Below are positions 33,285 through 43,170 of a stretch of DNA of 64,000 nt, piece by piece. Each line of letters opens with the position of its first letter. Positions within the stretch are counted from its first letter, which is position 1. The translations under genes were made by a program, and so were the position numbers. Origin of the DNA: an uncultured Nitrospiraceae bacterium (GTDB lineage: Bacteria > Nitrospirota > Thermodesulfovibrionia > Thermodesulfovibrionales > UBA6898); NCBI GenBank assembly GCA_963811165.1, contig CAWEQH010000008.1, positions 577,926-641,925 on the forward strand. Reading direction: 5' to 3'. The notes beneath the pieces are model-generated. The model worked only from the letters and a program-made list of their open reading frames with translations. It was not told the origin of the DNA and searched no databases.

Positions 33285-34340
33285 TTAAAGTGGGAAGATC
33301 ACTTCCATTCCCTTTCTCTCGTTTTCGTTGCAGGCGATCGCCGGCGAATTACCGGATGAAAGCATATCTAATAGCTGAAGGTGGAACCTCTTTTTGTTCC
33401 TCTTCTGTTCGTACATTGACCTATCTGCCTTTGCGATCAGATCATCAATGGAAGACTGACTCCCGGGCTCATAATGAGCGGCGCCGATGCTTATCGAAAG
33501 TGTGTAGGCGCGCTCAAATCTGAGATTGTGCAGTTGCAGTTTCTTTTGCAGGCGGTCGGTGTAGACGTCCAATTTTCCATAAGCGGGCTCGATCAGAAGA
33601 ACAACGAATTCATCTCCTCCTATGCGGGCGATTATATCAACGTCCCGAAAACTTTCCCGGAGGATTTCTGCCGTCCGGATAAGTGCCCGGTCCCCCTCCT
33701 GGTGACCGAATGTATCGTTGATCCTTTTTAAATCGTCCAGATCGGCGGAAAGCAACGACATCCCTTTTTCCATTCGAACTGCCATCTTTAGCTGCTGTCC
33801 GGCGAGGGCAAAAAAACCGCGTCGGTTGAAGAGGCCCGTAAGTTCATCGGTATTGGACAAACTGAGAAGTTTCTCTTCCGTCAGTTTAAGTTCGCTTATG
33901 TCCTTTGAGATCACGGTCACCGCCGTGATTCGCCGACGGGGCCCCATGACAGGACTTAACGTGCGAAGAAAATAGCTCCCGTCCCTAAGACTCCTGTGAA
34001 CGTGCTGCACGGACTTTCCCGTCAGGAGGACCTCGTTGACCTTCTCGATAAAATATCTTGTTTCCTCAGATGAATGGAACTTGCCGTATGACTGCCCCAT
34101 TACTTGTTCGCTCGGCAGGCCTAACCGTGACTGATGTTTGTTGTTCATGAAAAGATACCTGTATTTCCTGTCGACGAGATATATGGAATCATCCGTAGAT
34201 TCAACGAGCATACGGTATGTCTCATCGCTTTTTTGAAAAATCCTGGGGGCTTCTTCCGCTGCAGCGGCGTCCGACGCACCTCGGGGGGGACTTGCCGGGT
34301 CCTCGGTGAATCGCCTTCTTGTTCTTTTGCCTTCTTCCAT
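33285..34340 (-). CDS. PAS-GGDEF diguanylate cyclase
   Basis: DELTGLFNRR, INDTFGH, RDVD I-site and RIGGDEF. Confidence 0.92.
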   Translation of the reverse strand: MEEGKRTRRRFTEDPASPPRGASDAAAAEEAPRIFQKSDETYRMLVESTDDSIYLVDRKYRYLFMNNKHQSRLGLPSEQVMGQSYGKFHSSEETRYFIEKVNEVLLTGKSVQHVHRSLRDGSYFLRTLSPVMGPRRRITAVTVISKDISELKLTEEKLLSLSNTDELTGLFNRRGFFALAGQQLKMAVRMEKGMSLLSADLDDLKRINDTFGHQEGDRALIRTAEILRESFRDVDIIARIGGDEFVVLLIEPAYGKLDVYTDRLQKKLQLHNLRFERAYTLSISIGAAHYEPGSQSSIDDLIAKADRSMYEQKRNKKRFHLQLLDMLSSGNSPAIACNENERKGMEVIFPL

Positions 34341-34363
34341 AAAAATTGTTCTAAGTTTCACGA

Positions 34364-34379
34364 AGCAAGTGGTATGCCA
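34364..34379 (-). promoter_or_regulatory. Sigma54 (-24/-12) promoter of the diguanylate cyclase
   Basis: TGGCATACCACTTGCT (GG-N10-GC). Confidence 0.75.
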
Positions 34380-34505
34380 TTAATTAGTGAAACAATGGTC
34401 TTGATCAGGTGTAAGGAGGTCTGAAATTCTAAAGAGCCTGTATCTTAAGGATTTTGTTAGCCTCAGAAAGAATCTTTACGTGCAGTATCCTGATCTCTTA
34501 TACCC

Positions 34506-34519
34506 GTCAATAAATTGAC
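34506..34519. promoter_or_regulatory. Palindromic enhancer-binding-protein site (FleQ-box-like)
   Basis: GTCAATAAATTGAC about 130 bp upstream of the sigma54 promoter. Confidence 0.55.
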
Positions 34520-34593
34520 AATATAAAAAAAACTTCCATGTATTGTACAAAAAGATGCATAGGCCCTCGTCCAAATATGTCAGGATATCAGGC

Positions 34594-35298
34594 CTATCCG
34601 GTTTTTTCGAGGACGAGGACGAATTCGTGCAGTTTCCTCTTGTCGCCCTCCGCTATCTCGATAAACTCTATGCCGATATCATACCGTGAAGAGCCCTCCT
34701 CCGGGACCTTTATACATGAGGCGGTCCTTCCCACAAATTTTATTTGCGTATCTCCGGGGAGGAGTATCTCCATGGGGATCCTGTCATCGATTCCGAGCGG
34801 ACTTTCGCTCTCTATAAGCATGCCGCCGAGGCTGAGTTTTTTGACTGCGTAACTCTCGCGGATGTCCAAAAGCGCTTTCTTAAGAGGAGGGGCTACGAGG
34901 AACCTCATGCTGCACCGCAGTCCGCTGGGGCCATGCACCTTTTCGCGAGAAAAATTCTCTTGCCCTGCGAGGAAGGTCGTGAGTTCCTTTATTTTGTCGG
35001 CCGGCATAGTGACAAATTTCATGCCCGCGGAATAAATCGGGATTATTTCACCCGTTGAGCCTTTTCTCGTGCCGCTTATCTTTGACCACACGACAGAACC
35101 TTTTAACGAGATGGTCTTATCGCTGCTCTTTGCAATCTTGATCGTATACTCGCTGCCCATGTTGAGCCGCTTGTCTACCTTGAGCGAAATCCCGCCCAGG
35201 CTTATATCGTGGATCTCGACTTCATTGGCGAACATCATCTTGCCGTTGATCCCCAGGATATCGACTGAAAATCTCTTATATCTTCTCTTGTCCTGCAT
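34594..35298 (-). CDS. Tandem PilZ-domain protein
   Basis: RRYKR...DISLGG and a second R...R...LSLGG module. Confidence 0.85.
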   Translation of the reverse strand: MQDKRRYKRFSVDILGINGKMMFANEVEIHDISLGGISLKVDKRLNMGSEYTIKIAKSSDKTISLKGSVVWSKISGTRKGSTGEIIPIYSAGMKFVTMPADKIKELTTFLAGQENFSREKVHGPSGLRCSMRFLVAPPLKKALLDIRESYAVKKLSLGGMLIESESPLGIDDRIPMEILLPGDTQIKFVGRTASCIKVPEEGSSRYDIGIEFIEIAEGDKRKLHEFVLVLEKTG

Positions 35299-35619
35299 CT
35301 GATTTCTCTATTCCCCTGTATGAAAGGTGAGTCAGCACAACTAGGTAAAACACCTCAGCGGAATTTACTTTAAATCATTTCAGCGCAATAATCAAGTCCC
35401 CGAAAAGGGGATATGACAAAGGTTTGATAGGCACATCGCCCCAGCCTGCCTGCCGTCAAGGACCTCAATGACTACAGTTCCGCAGTATGGTTTTTAGGGA
35501 CCGGGTTCTTACCTCAGAAGCTCAGGGGCCAATCCGACCGGATCGAGGGTGCAGGGAGACGCAGGGAGACGTTGACATCCTCTTAATTACGAAATATGAT
35601 GTGGGAAAAGGAGGCGGCC

Positions 35620-35811
35620 ATGGTATGTACCTTTGCAAATCTGGACAAAGAAAAAGTCGCAGCTATCCAGTCTCTCGAAACAAAACTCGGTAAGACCATC
35701 ATCGCATTTTCCTGCAAGGACCTCGACGTCAGCCCGCTTAAAGACGACGAGATCGCGCAGATCAAGGAGACAGAAAAGAAGCTCGGACTTGCGCTGGTAG
35801 CGGTGAAGTAG
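35620..35811 (+). CDS. Small conserved hypothetical protein (two internal repeats)
   Basis: RBS AGGAGG; IQSLETKLGKTIIAF and IKETEKKLGLALVAV. Confidence 0.7.
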   Translation: MVCTFANLDKEKVAAIQSLETKLGKTIIAFSCKDLDVSPLKDDEIAQIKETEKKLGLALVAVK

Positions 35812-35874
35812 GTCCCGGCTTTTCATCATTGGTCCGGGTTATATGGCTTTAATCTTAAGAAGTGAGGGAGGCCG

Positions 35875-36381
35875 GTGGCTGAAGGAAAAAGAGTAGGAGA
35901 AAGCAGCGTCATTATCGCTCAGGTGATGATACCGCAGGACGCCAATCCCGCTGGTAACGTCCATGGCGGGGTCATCATGAAGCTCATCGATACTGCCGCG
36001 GCCGTTGCGGCGAGCAGGCACGCACGGTGCAACACTGTAACGGCCTCTATCGACAGGCTTGACTTTCACCATGCGGTGTATGTGGGTGACCTTCTTTTTT
36101 TTAAGGCCGGCTTGAACATGGTCGGCAGGACTTCCATGGAAGTGGGCGTCAGGGTCGAGGCCGAAAACATCTTCACCGGGGAGATCAGACATACTGCCTC
36201 CGCCTATCTCACCTTTGTCGCGCTTGATAAGGAAGGCAGGCCTACCGGGGTGCCGCCGCTTGTTCTCGAAACGGATGAAGAGAAGAGACGCAACCGTGAG
36301 GCGCTCAAAAGAAAAGAGATCCGGCTTGCTGAGAGAAAGCGGGAAGAAAGCTGCCAGCTCGATCCCGGAAACTGCACGTAA
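35875..36381 (+). CDS. Acyl-CoA thioesterase (hot-dog fold)
   Basis: DANPAGNVHGG and VGRTSMEVGV motifs. Confidence 0.92.
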   Translation: MAEGKRVGESSVIIAQVMIPQDANPAGNVHGGVIMKLIDTAAAVAASRHARCNTVTASIDRLDFHHAVYVGDLLFFKAGLNMVGRTSMEVGVRVEAENIFTGEIRHTASAYLTFVALDKEGRPTGVPPLVLETDEEKRRNREALKRKEIRLAERKREESCQLDPGNCT

Positions 36382-36403
36382 CTATTGGTCGCGCCCGCCG
36401 GGG

Positions 36404-37561
36404 TCAGGTCTTCAGAAATTCCTGAAACTGTTTTTTTATCTCCAGGTGGTCTATCGGTATATTCGGGACGTCTTTGTTTCCCGGCAGTGCAAGCGCATGG
36501 ATGAACCTCAATCCTCTGCCGTGTTTCTTCATCACCTTGGTGAGCTCTGCTTTCGTCGAAACCTTGCAGGTATCTTTTATCCCGAAACCCCTTGCGACGG
36601 CCTCGAGGTCTACGCATGATCGGGTGAGCGTGGGCTGGTCCCCTGTCGAGCCGTACGAGCCGTTATCGATCACAAGGATCGTAAGGTTGGCCGGAGAGAA
36701 ATGGGCCGCCGTCGAAAGGGTGCCGGGGTTCATGAGCAGGCTCCCGTCACCGTCGATGACGACGACTTCTTTGGGCGTCGTCAAACTCACGCCCAGCCCT
36801 ATGGGCGTTGTCATGCCCATGCTGCCGAGCATATAAAAATTGGACGGTCGATGTCCGGCGGAATATAGCTCTTTTGAAGGAAATCCGAGGTTGCATACCA
36901 CCGCCTTTGCTTCGAGATAAGGCGCCGCCAGAGTAAGTATCTCAAAGCGGGTGTAGGATGGTTTTATCCCTGTCCTGCGCAAAGACGACCCTTCGGCGTC
37001 CTTCCCGGGCCCGGCCTGACAGCCCGGCGAGGGAAGCGGTCCGCATCCTGCGTATTCCCGTGCGGCCTCCGAATTCTCCCAGATCGCCGGGTTCATCAAA
37101 AAGGCGTGGACCTTGTTGTCCCGGTAAGATCCCGCGAGCTTCTTTTCGATCGTTCCGAAATCACCCTCTGCACCGATGAGAGAAAAACCGATCCCCGCAC
37201 CCTCCAGGATCGCCGGGAGCAGCTTGCCCATCGGGAATTGGGCCGCTATTTTTTCTTTGTAAATCCCGCGCTGGCTTACGAAGACCGCAAGAGGGAGCTC
37301 ATAGAATTGTGTGAGGGAAAGCAGGGCGTTGATCATATTTCCGATACCCGAACTCTGGATAAACATCGCCGGTCTTTTCCCGGACAATGCGGCGCCCGCA
37401 CATATGCCGACACCTTCCTCTTCGCGTGTCAGAGGGACATGGAAAGATGATCGTCCCACCATTTCGAGAAGGACCTTGATCTTCTCGCATGGCAGGGACG
37501 CCGTGAAATTGACCCCGGCCTCCGCGAGGATTCTCAGCAGCTCTTTTTCAGGGTTTCGCAT
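36404..37561 (-). CDS. comDE: Sulfopyruvate decarboxylase, fused alpha/beta subunits
   Basis: ASLPC...LTREEEGVGICAGA...QSSGIGN...SQRG (ComD) fused to NLGFPSKEL...NFYMLGSMG...DGDGS...DNGSYGSTGDQ (ComE, TPP motif). Confidence 0.88.
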   Translation of the reverse strand: MRNPEKELLRILAEAGVNFTASLPCEKIKVLLEMVGRSSFHVPLTREEEGVGICAGAALSGKRPAMFIQSSGIGNMINALLSLTQFYELPLAVFVSQRGIYKEKIAAQFPMGKLLPAILEGAGIGFSLIGAEGDFGTIEKKLAGSYRDNKVHAFLMNPAIWENSEAAREYAGCGPLPSPGCQAGPGKDAEGSSLRRTGIKPSYTRFEILTLAAPYLEAKAVVCNLGFPSKELYSAGHRPSNFYMLGSMGMTTPIGLGVSLTTPKEVVVIDGDGSLLMNPGTLSTAAHFSPANLTILVIDNGSYGSTGDQPTLTRSCVDLEAVARGFGIKDTCKVSTKAELTKVMKKHGRGLRFIHALALPGNKDVPNIPIDHLEIKKQFQEFLKT

Positions 37562-38790
37562 AAGGCCCCCTCTATCTCCGCGTCAGTGGCCTTCTTAGAG
37601 ACGAAGGTCGGCTCCACATTATAGGTTTTTTTCTCCTTGCCGAGCATGATCTCGCCGCCGCCGGTTATGTTCAGAAGTATCACGTCGTCCTTCCGGACAG
37701 TCTTGGCCTTCACTGCCTGCACCAGGGCGCCCACTGCCACTGCGGAGGCCGCCACTATGTCCACGCCCTCAAGGTTGCTGAAGAGTTCCATGGACTCAAA
37801 GACCTCGCGGTTGGTCACGCCGTACATCCTGCCTTTTGTGGCGGTGAGGGCGTCGAAGACGCCCCCCTGCACCGAATAGGCGGGATACCGAGTGGAGAGC
37901 ACGCGTGTCGATATCTGGGCTATCAGCTCCGGTCTGAGGTCCTCTTGGGCCAGTCCCCTGCTTCGCCGCTCCCATGCCCTCATCATCGGCGCAAAAGGAA
38001 GGTTCTGCGCAAGGTGAAGCTGGGGGAGGGAGCCGCCGAACTTGCCGTCGCCAAGCAGGCGCTCGGACATCTCCCACACGCCTATACCTCCGGTCCCGCT
38101 GCCCACCGCCTGGAAATAATGGTCAGGAAGTCTCCCTATGCGTGAGACGGACTCGAGCATTGTGGCGCCGAGGCCGTCTCTCTTGGCCACGTTCTTTACC
38201 CCGCCTTCAAACGGAAGGTCCGCAATCGCCGAGATACGGCGTGCCACGTCGATGGCATCGGAATAGTCGCCGTCACCGACCGCAAAGGTCGGTACCATCG
38301 ACGAGCTCTCAAGATACCACATCTCCATGAGGCACATCATGGGCACGACGATAATCACCGGGAAACCCGCGACCACCGAAAGATGGGCGAAGGCGCGGGC
38401 AGTATTTCCGGCTGAGGCAACCACCAGACCCTTGACCCCGTTTTCCAGTGCGTTTTGGAGCACGACTGCCGCCTCGAACTCCTTGAAGGTACAGGTCTGC
38501 AGGAACGCCCCCCGGTCGGGCCAGAAGCCGTTATAGGCGATGTAGAGGTGATCGAGCGCCAGGTGGCGCGCAAGCCACTGCGACTGATAGACGGCGGTGC
38601 AGGGCTGCTCGAACGTCGGCGTATGGACGGGAAGCCAGTTGAACTTCCAGATGCCCCGGCCGCAGTCGTCCCTGAAAGGCACTAAATATTGCGTAGTCAA
38701 AAGAGAATCTGTGCAGTGCTCGCAGAAGGCGCAGTATGTGTCCTTCAGTTCCTTGCCGCACTTGCTGCATCGAATGTGAAAATGACTCAT
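37534..38790 (-). CDS. Cysteate synthase (PLP, threonine-synthase-like)
   Basis: TCTFKEFEA, ASAGNTARAF, FEGGVKNVAKRDGLG, PDHYFQAVGSGTG, LNITGGG; adjacent to comDE. Confidence 0.85.
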   Translation of the reverse strand: MSHFHIRCSKCGKELKDTYCAFCEHCTDSLLTTQYLVPFRDDCGRGIWKFNWLPVHTPTFEQPCTAVYQSQWLARHLALDHLYIAYNGFWPDRGAFLQTCTFKEFEAAVVLQNALENGVKGLVVASAGNTARAFAHLSVVAGFPVIIVVPMMCLMEMWYLESSSMVPTFAVGDGDYSDAIDVARRISAIADLPFEGGVKNVAKRDGLGATMLESVSRIGRLPDHYFQAVGSGTGGIGVWEMSERLLGDGKFGGSLPQLHLAQNLPFAPMMRAWERRSRGLAQEDLRPELIAQISTRVLSTRYPAYSVQGGVFDALTATKGRMYGVTNREVFESMELFSNLEGVDIVAASAVAVGALVQAVKAKTVRKDDVILLNITGGGEIMLGKEKKTYNVEPTFVSKKATDAEIEGALCETLKKSC

Positions 38791-40037
38791 GCGCCCTCGC
38801 TTTCCACGACGTCCGCAAGGAGCTCCATGATGTCGGTGATCCTGATCTGGCGGTCGTATCCCTGCATCGCCTCGTTTACTTTCGCATAACATGCAGGACA
38901 GCTCAGTATTAGTCTGTCGGCGCCCTTGGCCGCCGCTTCGTCTATGGTGCGTCTGCCCATCGAAGCCGCATTTTCATGAAAGACCTTCCTTGCGGCCCCG
39001 CCTGCGCCGCAGCATCTCGATTCGAGCCGGTTCTTTGAGAACTCAAGAAGTTCGGCCCCCGGGATGCCCCTGAGGATGGCCCTGGGCTCCTCCATGATCC
39101 CGACGCCCCGGCTTAAATAGCAGGGGTCGTGGTAGATCAATCTTTCATGCAGCTTTTTCTTGATTACCAACTTCCCCCTTCTCATCGCATCTTCTACAAA
39201 CTGGGTAATATGTCTTATCTTAAAGGGCAGCTCAGCTCCGTAGAAGCCCGGCCAGTCCCTCGCCATGATATTGACGCAGCAGGGGCATGAACAGACGAGC
39301 ATCTTGACCCCTCTGTCTTTATATGTGTTCACCAGTCGTTTGACAAGGCCCTCAAGGAGGTCGTGCTGCCCGGTGATGAAGAGGGGAAAACCGCAGCAAA
39401 CCTCCTCCTCAGGCGGGAGCATCGTGAAGGGCTCTCCGATTGCCCCGAGCACGAGCACGTCGCCTTTGACCATAGGCGTCGCCTCGTACGCCCCGGTGCA
39501 TCCCGCATAGTAGGCGATATCGGCCCTCTCCGACACCTTCACCCGTTGGGGAAACCAGGGGGCAAACCTCTCTCCCGCGGGTTTATTGTACGGGTTCCCT
39601 GTCTGTGCAATCGCCTTCGGCAGTTCCGCCTGCGGTCCGACCGGTCCCAGCCCCCGCCTCACCATCTCCTTCCTGAGCATTGGCCAGAGCCGCTGTGTGA
39701 AGATGCCCACGGTGCAGTGCTGGCCGCAGGCCCCGCAGGTCGTGCATTCGAAGACGGCCTTTGTGAAGTCGTCGAGGAGCTTCCGGTCTATCTCCTTGGC
39801 GCCAAACAACCGTGCCTTCAGCCCCTCCGTGGCCTTTATGAATTCCCTGAAGATGCGTATCTTCTCAGGGGGCGAGATAAGGGAGTTCCCTGTTACGTCC
39901 TGGACAGGACAGTACTTCAGGCACTCTCCGCACTGCGTGCAGGCGTCAATCTCGATGAGCTGCAGGGGAGTCAGGCCCGAGGTAAAAGTTCCCCCCTGCG
40001 CTTCCTTCCGGATATCATTATCCTCATTATTTTCCAT
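38787..40037 (-). CDS. HdrD-like Fe-S oxidoreductase (2x[4Fe-4S] plus two CCG domains)
   Basis: CTQCGECLKYCP, CTTCGACGQHC, VCCG..SCPCC and YHDPC..CCGAGG..SCPAC motifs. Confidence 0.85.
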   Translation of the reverse strand: MENNEDNDIRKEAQGGTFTSGLTPLQLIEIDACTQCGECLKYCPVQDVTGNSLISPPEKIRIFREFIKATEGLKARLFGAKEIDRKLLDDFTKAVFECTTCGACGQHCTVGIFTQRLWPMLRKEMVRRGLGPVGPQAELPKAIAQTGNPYNKPAGERFAPWFPQRVKVSERADIAYYAGCTGAYEATPMVKGDVLVLGAIGEPFTMLPPEEEVCCGFPLFITGQHDLLEGLVKRLVNTYKDRGVKMLVCSCPCCVNIMARDWPGFYGAELPFKIRHITQFVEDAMRRGKLVIKKKLHERLIYHDPCYLSRGVGIMEEPRAILRGIPGAELLEFSKNRLESRCCGAGGAARKVFHENAASMGRRTIDEAAAKGADRLILSCPACYAKVNEAMQGYDRQIRITDIMELLADVVESEGA

Positions 40038-40710
40038 GCATCACCATGTCAAGTCCCTGTTGCCGTCTGCTTGCCTCTATAACGACAAGCGGCGCGGTAA
40101 AAATATGAAAGGGGAGATACGGGATCAAAAGAAGGGCGAGAGAAAAGTGGACGACGAAAAAAAAATTGCCCGGCAGCGGAGAGGGACTTAACGCGACAAT
40201 GCCCATTATAAAACTCTTTACGTCTATGAGGTCGGGTCTGAAGAAATTCCTCATCAGAAGTCCCGTAGCACCGATGGAAAAAAGGAGGCCCAGGATGACA
40301 TAGTTCTGATAGGAGACGTATCTCTTCCTGGCCGCCGCCCGTGCGACCATCACATAAGGCAATGAGAACGTGAGTATATATCCGGCCGCCACGCCGAAGG
40401 GCTGGACGCACCATATGCAGTCGGGCACGGGGTTTAAAAAATATCTGAGATGACGAAGGATGACAAAGAAGAATGAGGTATGAAAGGCCCAAGAGCCCAG
40501 CCACAGGACTTTATTGGATGCGAAAAGCCTTCTGAAAAAAAACAGGTCAAGTGCCGCGGTGCCGAACGCCGGGAACCGCTTTGCCTGGGGGGCAGGGTGA
40601 TGAGGCAGCAGGAGGCGCTCCGACTTTAACCAAAGGAGCGTATGCAGGCTGAGCCGCACCCAAAAGGCAGCATAAGCGAGATATGCGATTATGAACAGAA
40701 GTATTCCCAT
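40027..40710 (-). CDS. HdrE/NarI-like membrane cytochrome b subunit
   Basis: About five TM helices; heme-b His pattern WAFH...LRHLRY and VVHF...PFH. Confidence 0.75.
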   Translation of the reverse strand: MGILLFIIAYLAYAAFWVRLSLHTLLWLKSERLLLPHHPAPQAKRFPAFGTAALDLFFFRRLFASNKVLWLGSWAFHTSFFFVILRHLRYFLNPVPDCIWCVQPFGVAAGYILTFSLPYVMVARAAARKRYVSYQNYVILGLLFSIGATGLLMRNFFRPDLIDVKSFIMGIVALSPSPLPGNFFFVVHFSLALLLIPYLPFHIFTAPLVVIEASRRQQGLDMVMHGK

Positions 40711-40791
40711 TTCTCTATGATTATATTATCTCATAATAACGTATGTCAGAGTGCCGTCGGAACCCCGCAATCCCGAGTATTTCCAATTTGG

Positions 40792-41148
40792 TCACCCGTG
40801 CTTTTTATCCGTTTTGAGAGACTGCCGCTTTTCATCACGGATGAAGACGATAGATACGTCCTTTGGGACGCCGAGTCCGGCCTCGACTTCGAGCGCCTTT
40901 AAGACGGCACAGGGGACGGGACAGGCGACATGCCTGATGCATGCCGCCCCCTTCTTGTATACGGGATTTTCGAGCAGCTTCCTGAAGGCGTCCGCAAGTC
41001 GTAAGGGTAGGGAATTTCTTCCGCAAGCTTCATGGCCATGTCGCATGGCCGAGGTGATCCGTAGTTCAAGTACTCCTTATCCTTTTTCATCACCTCGATA
41101 ACTGACCGTCATGCCGCATTGCCCGGGATCTACCCTGACCTTGGTCAT
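40792..41148 (-). CDS. DUF6951-like small Cys protein, broken by several indels
   Basis: MTKVRVDPGQCGMT...IEV...PCDM..KLAEE...DAFRKLLENPVY...HVACPVPCAVLKALEVEAGL..PKDVSI across frames. Confidence 0.6.
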
Positions 41149-41154
41149 TGACTT

Positions 41155-43146
41155 TTATCCTTTTATGCCCGGGGCCAGAATCGACTTTTGTTCCTCAAGC
41201 ATCTTCTTTAGGTTCGGGAACTTGTCCTTCATGTGAGGGATATGCATCGCCTGCATGAACTCCTTCTCGAATGCAGGCTCGGTGGCGATCTCGACGAACT
41301 CGACCCAACGGGCGCGTTCGTCAGCCTCGATCCGTTTGGCTTTGTTCAGAAGCGCCATCCGTGCCCCGTCGCCCGCTGCGTTGCCGACGACCACCACCTT
41401 GTCGATGGGCACGTCAGGGAACATGCCGAGCATGAGCGACGCCTCGCGGTCGATATGACTGCCGAAGGCCCCGGCAAGCTCGACGCGGTCGAGCTTAGTG
41501 ACGCCCATCTTTTGCATCATCAGCTTTGCGCCGGTGTAAAGCGCACCCTTGGCGAGCTGCAGTGCCCGGACGTCGCCCTGGGTGACGGTGATGTCCTGGT
41601 TTATGGAGGTCTCCTCGGCCCAGGCAAGAACGTACTCAGGCTTCCCTCCCGCATCTTTCCTGATCCTGTTTGTGCCGGGGTCCATGACGAACTTTCCTGT
41701 TTTATCGATGACCCCTGCGAGGAACATCTCCGCGATGACATCTATGATCGCAGAGCCGCAGATGCCTTTTGCATTGATCTTCCCTTCTACGTGGGTATGC
41801 CAGTCTGCCTTGCCGATGACTTTATACCTGGGCTCCTTGGTCACGGGGTCTATCTTGACCTTCTCGATCGCCCCGGGAGCGGCACGCATGCCGAACTTTA
41901 TCTGCGCGCCCTCAAAGGCAGGGCCTGTTGCGCATGAGGTGGAACAGACCCTGTTCTTGTTGCCCAGGAGAAGCTCGCCGTTTGTGCCGATGTCTATAAT
42001 GAGGACCATGTCGTCCTGAAAATACTGTTCCTGGGCGATAAGCACGCCCACGTTGTCGGCGCCGACAAACCCCGCCTCTATCGGCAGGACATGTATGAAT
42101 GCGCCGGGGTTGATCTTCAGTCCCAGGTCGCGGGCCTTGATATCCATGGAGCGCTGCACCGCGGGGATGAAGGGAGAACGTCCGATGTAGACCGGGTTCA
42201 GCCCGAGGAATATATGGTGCATCGCGGTATTAAAGACTATGGTGAGGTCGTCGATCGCAACGCCCGGATGAGGGCCGTCCTTCCTCACTTCCGCAACCAC
42301 CTTTTCTATGATCTCGTTTAGTCCGGTGATGATCGCATCCTGCATCGTCTTTAGTCCTTCAGGGTTTGTCATGGCATAAGTAATCCTCGACATGACATCC
42401 TCGCCGTAGGGGACCTGCGGGTTCATCATCGATTCCGTGTTGATCACCTTTCCGGTTGAAAGGTCACAGAGATAGCCTACGCAGGTAGTGGTGCCGATGT
42501 CTACGGCAAGGCCGTAGCAGACATCCACATGCCCCGGTTCGACCTTGATTATCTCCCTGCCCTGCCAGACCGTTACGGTTATCGTCCATTCCCCTGTGCG
42601 CAGGGCATCCTGCAGCTGAAGGAGCACCTCGAAGTCGAACGTAAGGTCCTTGATGCCGTAGATTTCTTCCATGGCCTTGACGACCCGTTCGTAATCGCCC
42701 GTGGTCATCTCGTGCAGCGTAGGCGGGGTGAACGTAAGGGTATATTTCTTGACCGCCGGATCAAGTGCGATCGAAATTTCCTTTGCGGCCTTCCGCACCA
42801 CCTGTTTGCCGGCCCTCGACCGCTCCGGGACGAAGACCTTGAGGTCGCCATGTATCTCGCACGAGCAGGCGAGCCTGATGCCCGGTCCGTCTTCGGGCTT
42901 TATATGCTTCAGCTCATCAGGGGTCGGCTCGTGCGGCGTGATATGCTTCATACCGGACTCGAGATTGTCCTTTTCGAAGTAGCCCTCCTCGATCCTGACC
43001 TTGCATTTTCCGCAGACCTTCTTGTCTCCGCAGAGCGCCTCGAGGTCGACGCCGAGGCGCTGTGCGGCCTTCAGGATCGTTGTCCCTTCCTCTATCTCTC
43101 CACGCCGGCCTGCCGGTTGGAAGATCACCTTAAACATACGGCTCAT
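41155..43146 (-). CDS. Corrinoid reductive activator (RACo/RamA-type, 2Fe-2S plus ASKHA ATPase)
   Basis: CGDKKVCGKC..RLAC, DIGTT, YGEDVMSRI, DIGTNGE, GICGS and LAGAFG motifs. Confidence 0.92.
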   Translation of the reverse strand: MSRMFKVIFQPAGRRGEIEEGTTILKAAQRLGVDLEALCGDKKVCGKCKVRIEEGYFEKDNLESGMKHITPHEPTPDELKHIKPEDGPGIRLACSCEIHGDLKVFVPERSRAGKQVVRKAAKEISIALDPAVKKYTLTFTPPTLHEMTTGDYERVVKAMEEIYGIKDLTFDFEVLLQLQDALRTGEWTITVTVWQGREIIKVEPGHVDVCYGLAVDIGTTTCVGYLCDLSTGKVINTESMMNPQVPYGEDVMSRITYAMTNPEGLKTMQDAIITGLNEIIEKVVAEVRKDGPHPGVAIDDLTIVFNTAMHHIFLGLNPVYIGRSPFIPAVQRSMDIKARDLGLKINPGAFIHVLPIEAGFVGADNVGVLIAQEQYFQDDMVLIIDIGTNGELLLGNKNRVCSTSCATGPAFEGAQIKFGMRAAPGAIEKVKIDPVTKEPRYKVIGKADWHTHVEGKINAKGICGSAIIDVIAEMFLAGVIDKTGKFVMDPGTNRIRKDAGGKPEYVLAWAEETSINQDITVTQGDVRALQLAKGALYTGAKLMMQKMGVTKLDRVELAGAFGSHIDREASLMLGMFPDVPIDKVVVVGNAAGDGARMALLNKAKRIEADERARWVEFVEIATEPAFEKEFMQAMHIPHMKDKFPNLKKMLEEQKSILAPGIKG

Positions 43147-43170
43147 ATATATTTGTCCTCCTTGATTACA

